A stretch of DNA of 64,000 nt, from the IMG/VR virus record IMGVR_UViG_3300021400_000012, positions 63,575 through 127,574 of that record; one strand, 5' to 3'. Positions 63,380 through 64,000 of this stretch are shown piece after piece (within the stretch, counting starts at the first letter, position 1; every line of letters starts with the position of its first letter). This DNA comes from a virus (lineage: Duplodnaviria; Caudoviricetes). The position numbers and the translations under genes are program-made. Below the pieces are notes generated by a model. That model was not told the DNA's origin and made no database searches. It saw only the letters and a list, made by a program, of their open reading frames with translations.

Positions 63380-63790
63380 TTAAACTTTTTTGTTTTTTAA
63401 TTCTGCAAGCCACTCTTCAAGGGAAGCAATTTGTTTTTCAAGTTCTGCAATCTCTTTTTTGTATTGCTGAATGGCGTGACGTGTATTATATTCTTCTCTT
63501 GTCATGCCATGTTTTTCATAGAACGTTTTATTTTTTAGTTCGACAATTTCTTTTTCGATTGCGGTTTCGTCAATCAGATTTTTAAGGATTGCTTCCCGTT
63601 CGGCTTTTTCTTTTTCTTTGTCTTCGGGAGTTGCATATTCGAAATCATATCCGCGGTCATGCATCGCGCAATCGGTATAAACTACTTTGGTGGCATATTT
63701 GCCTTCCATTTTATAATAAGTATTGAAAATTTCTTTGTTGATTGCTCTTGCTTCGTTCAGTTCGGCGGTGAGTTCCTTAACGGTCTTCAT
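63380..63790 (-). CDS. Coiled-coil early protein
   Basis: Own promoter and SD AAAGAAAGGA. Confidence 0.7.
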   Translation of the reverse strand: MKTVKELTAELNEARAINKEIFNTYYKMEGKYATKVVYTDCAMHDRGYDFEYATPEDKEKEKAEREAILKNLIDETAIEKEIVELKNKTFYEKHGMTREEYNTRHAIQQYKKEIAELEKQIASLEEWLAELKNKKV

Positions 63791-64000
63791 GATTTATATC
63801 TTCCTTTCTTTTGATGACTAAAGTATAGCATAGATTTCCGGATTTGTCAATAGGTTTTTAAAAATTTTTTGCCCGGGCAGCGACGGAAAATCAAAACTCC
63901 CGTGGAGTTGTCCACGGGAGGGAGGGGAGGTCGCGTTCTGCCGATTTTTCATTCCCCTTGTCGGCTCTGCCCACTGATTTGTTACACGGGATTGGTCTTA

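Larger units (their letters stand above)
55803..63878. repeat. Dispersed GCCCGGGC palindrome delimiting promoter-gene cassettes
   Basis: Perfect copies at 55803, 56500, 57245, 58019, 58649, 59907, 60709, 61384, 61859, 62443, 63113, 63871; none seen in 1-55500. Confidence 0.9.

Noticed and set aside
55500-63900. CRISPR array or integron attC array
   Set aside because: Repeat is only 8 bp with gene-sized spacing; GTTAG..CTAAC order is opposite to attC (RYYYAAC...GTTRRRY); no cas or integrase gene in the window

Overview
A 64-kb segment of a large, AT-rich tailed phage, probably infecting a gut or rumen Firmicute (Clostridia-like, inferred from sigmaA-type promoters, strong SD sites and a Dp-1-type holin). 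The phage reads TAG as Gln (code 15). Many 'fragmented' ORFs in the supplied track join into full genes through in-frame TAGs that fall at conserved Gln positions, and a Gln-type amber suppressor tRNA (CUA) is encoded at 26599-26669. Layout: 1-14.9 kb tail-fibre, adhesin and LRR structural genes plus holin. 15-26 kb virion-associated and DNA/nucleotide metabolism genes (UvrD-like helicase, DNA ligase, dNMP kinase, GT2, RNase H). 26.6-40.2 kb an RNA island with 23 tRNAs, a truncated tRNA, several tRNA mimics, many unassigned structured RNAs and a probable ROOL RNA. 40-45 kb ClpP, PhoH and endolysin. 45-55 kb RNA ligase, a kinase-like gene, a Zn-ribbon paralog array and a possible origin/pac region. 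55.5-64 kb a TAG-free 'early' region of promoter-gene cassettes punctuated about every 0.5-0.8 kb by the palindrome GCCCGGGC. Most novel-looking signals: the GCCCGGGC cassette array with 11-bp inverted-repeat mini-elements, a candidate sRNA antisense to the shared ribosome-binding site of those early genes, and the tRNA-mimic RNAs. CDS coordinates below assume TAG=Gln. All family calls come from motif recognition by eye, not database searches.
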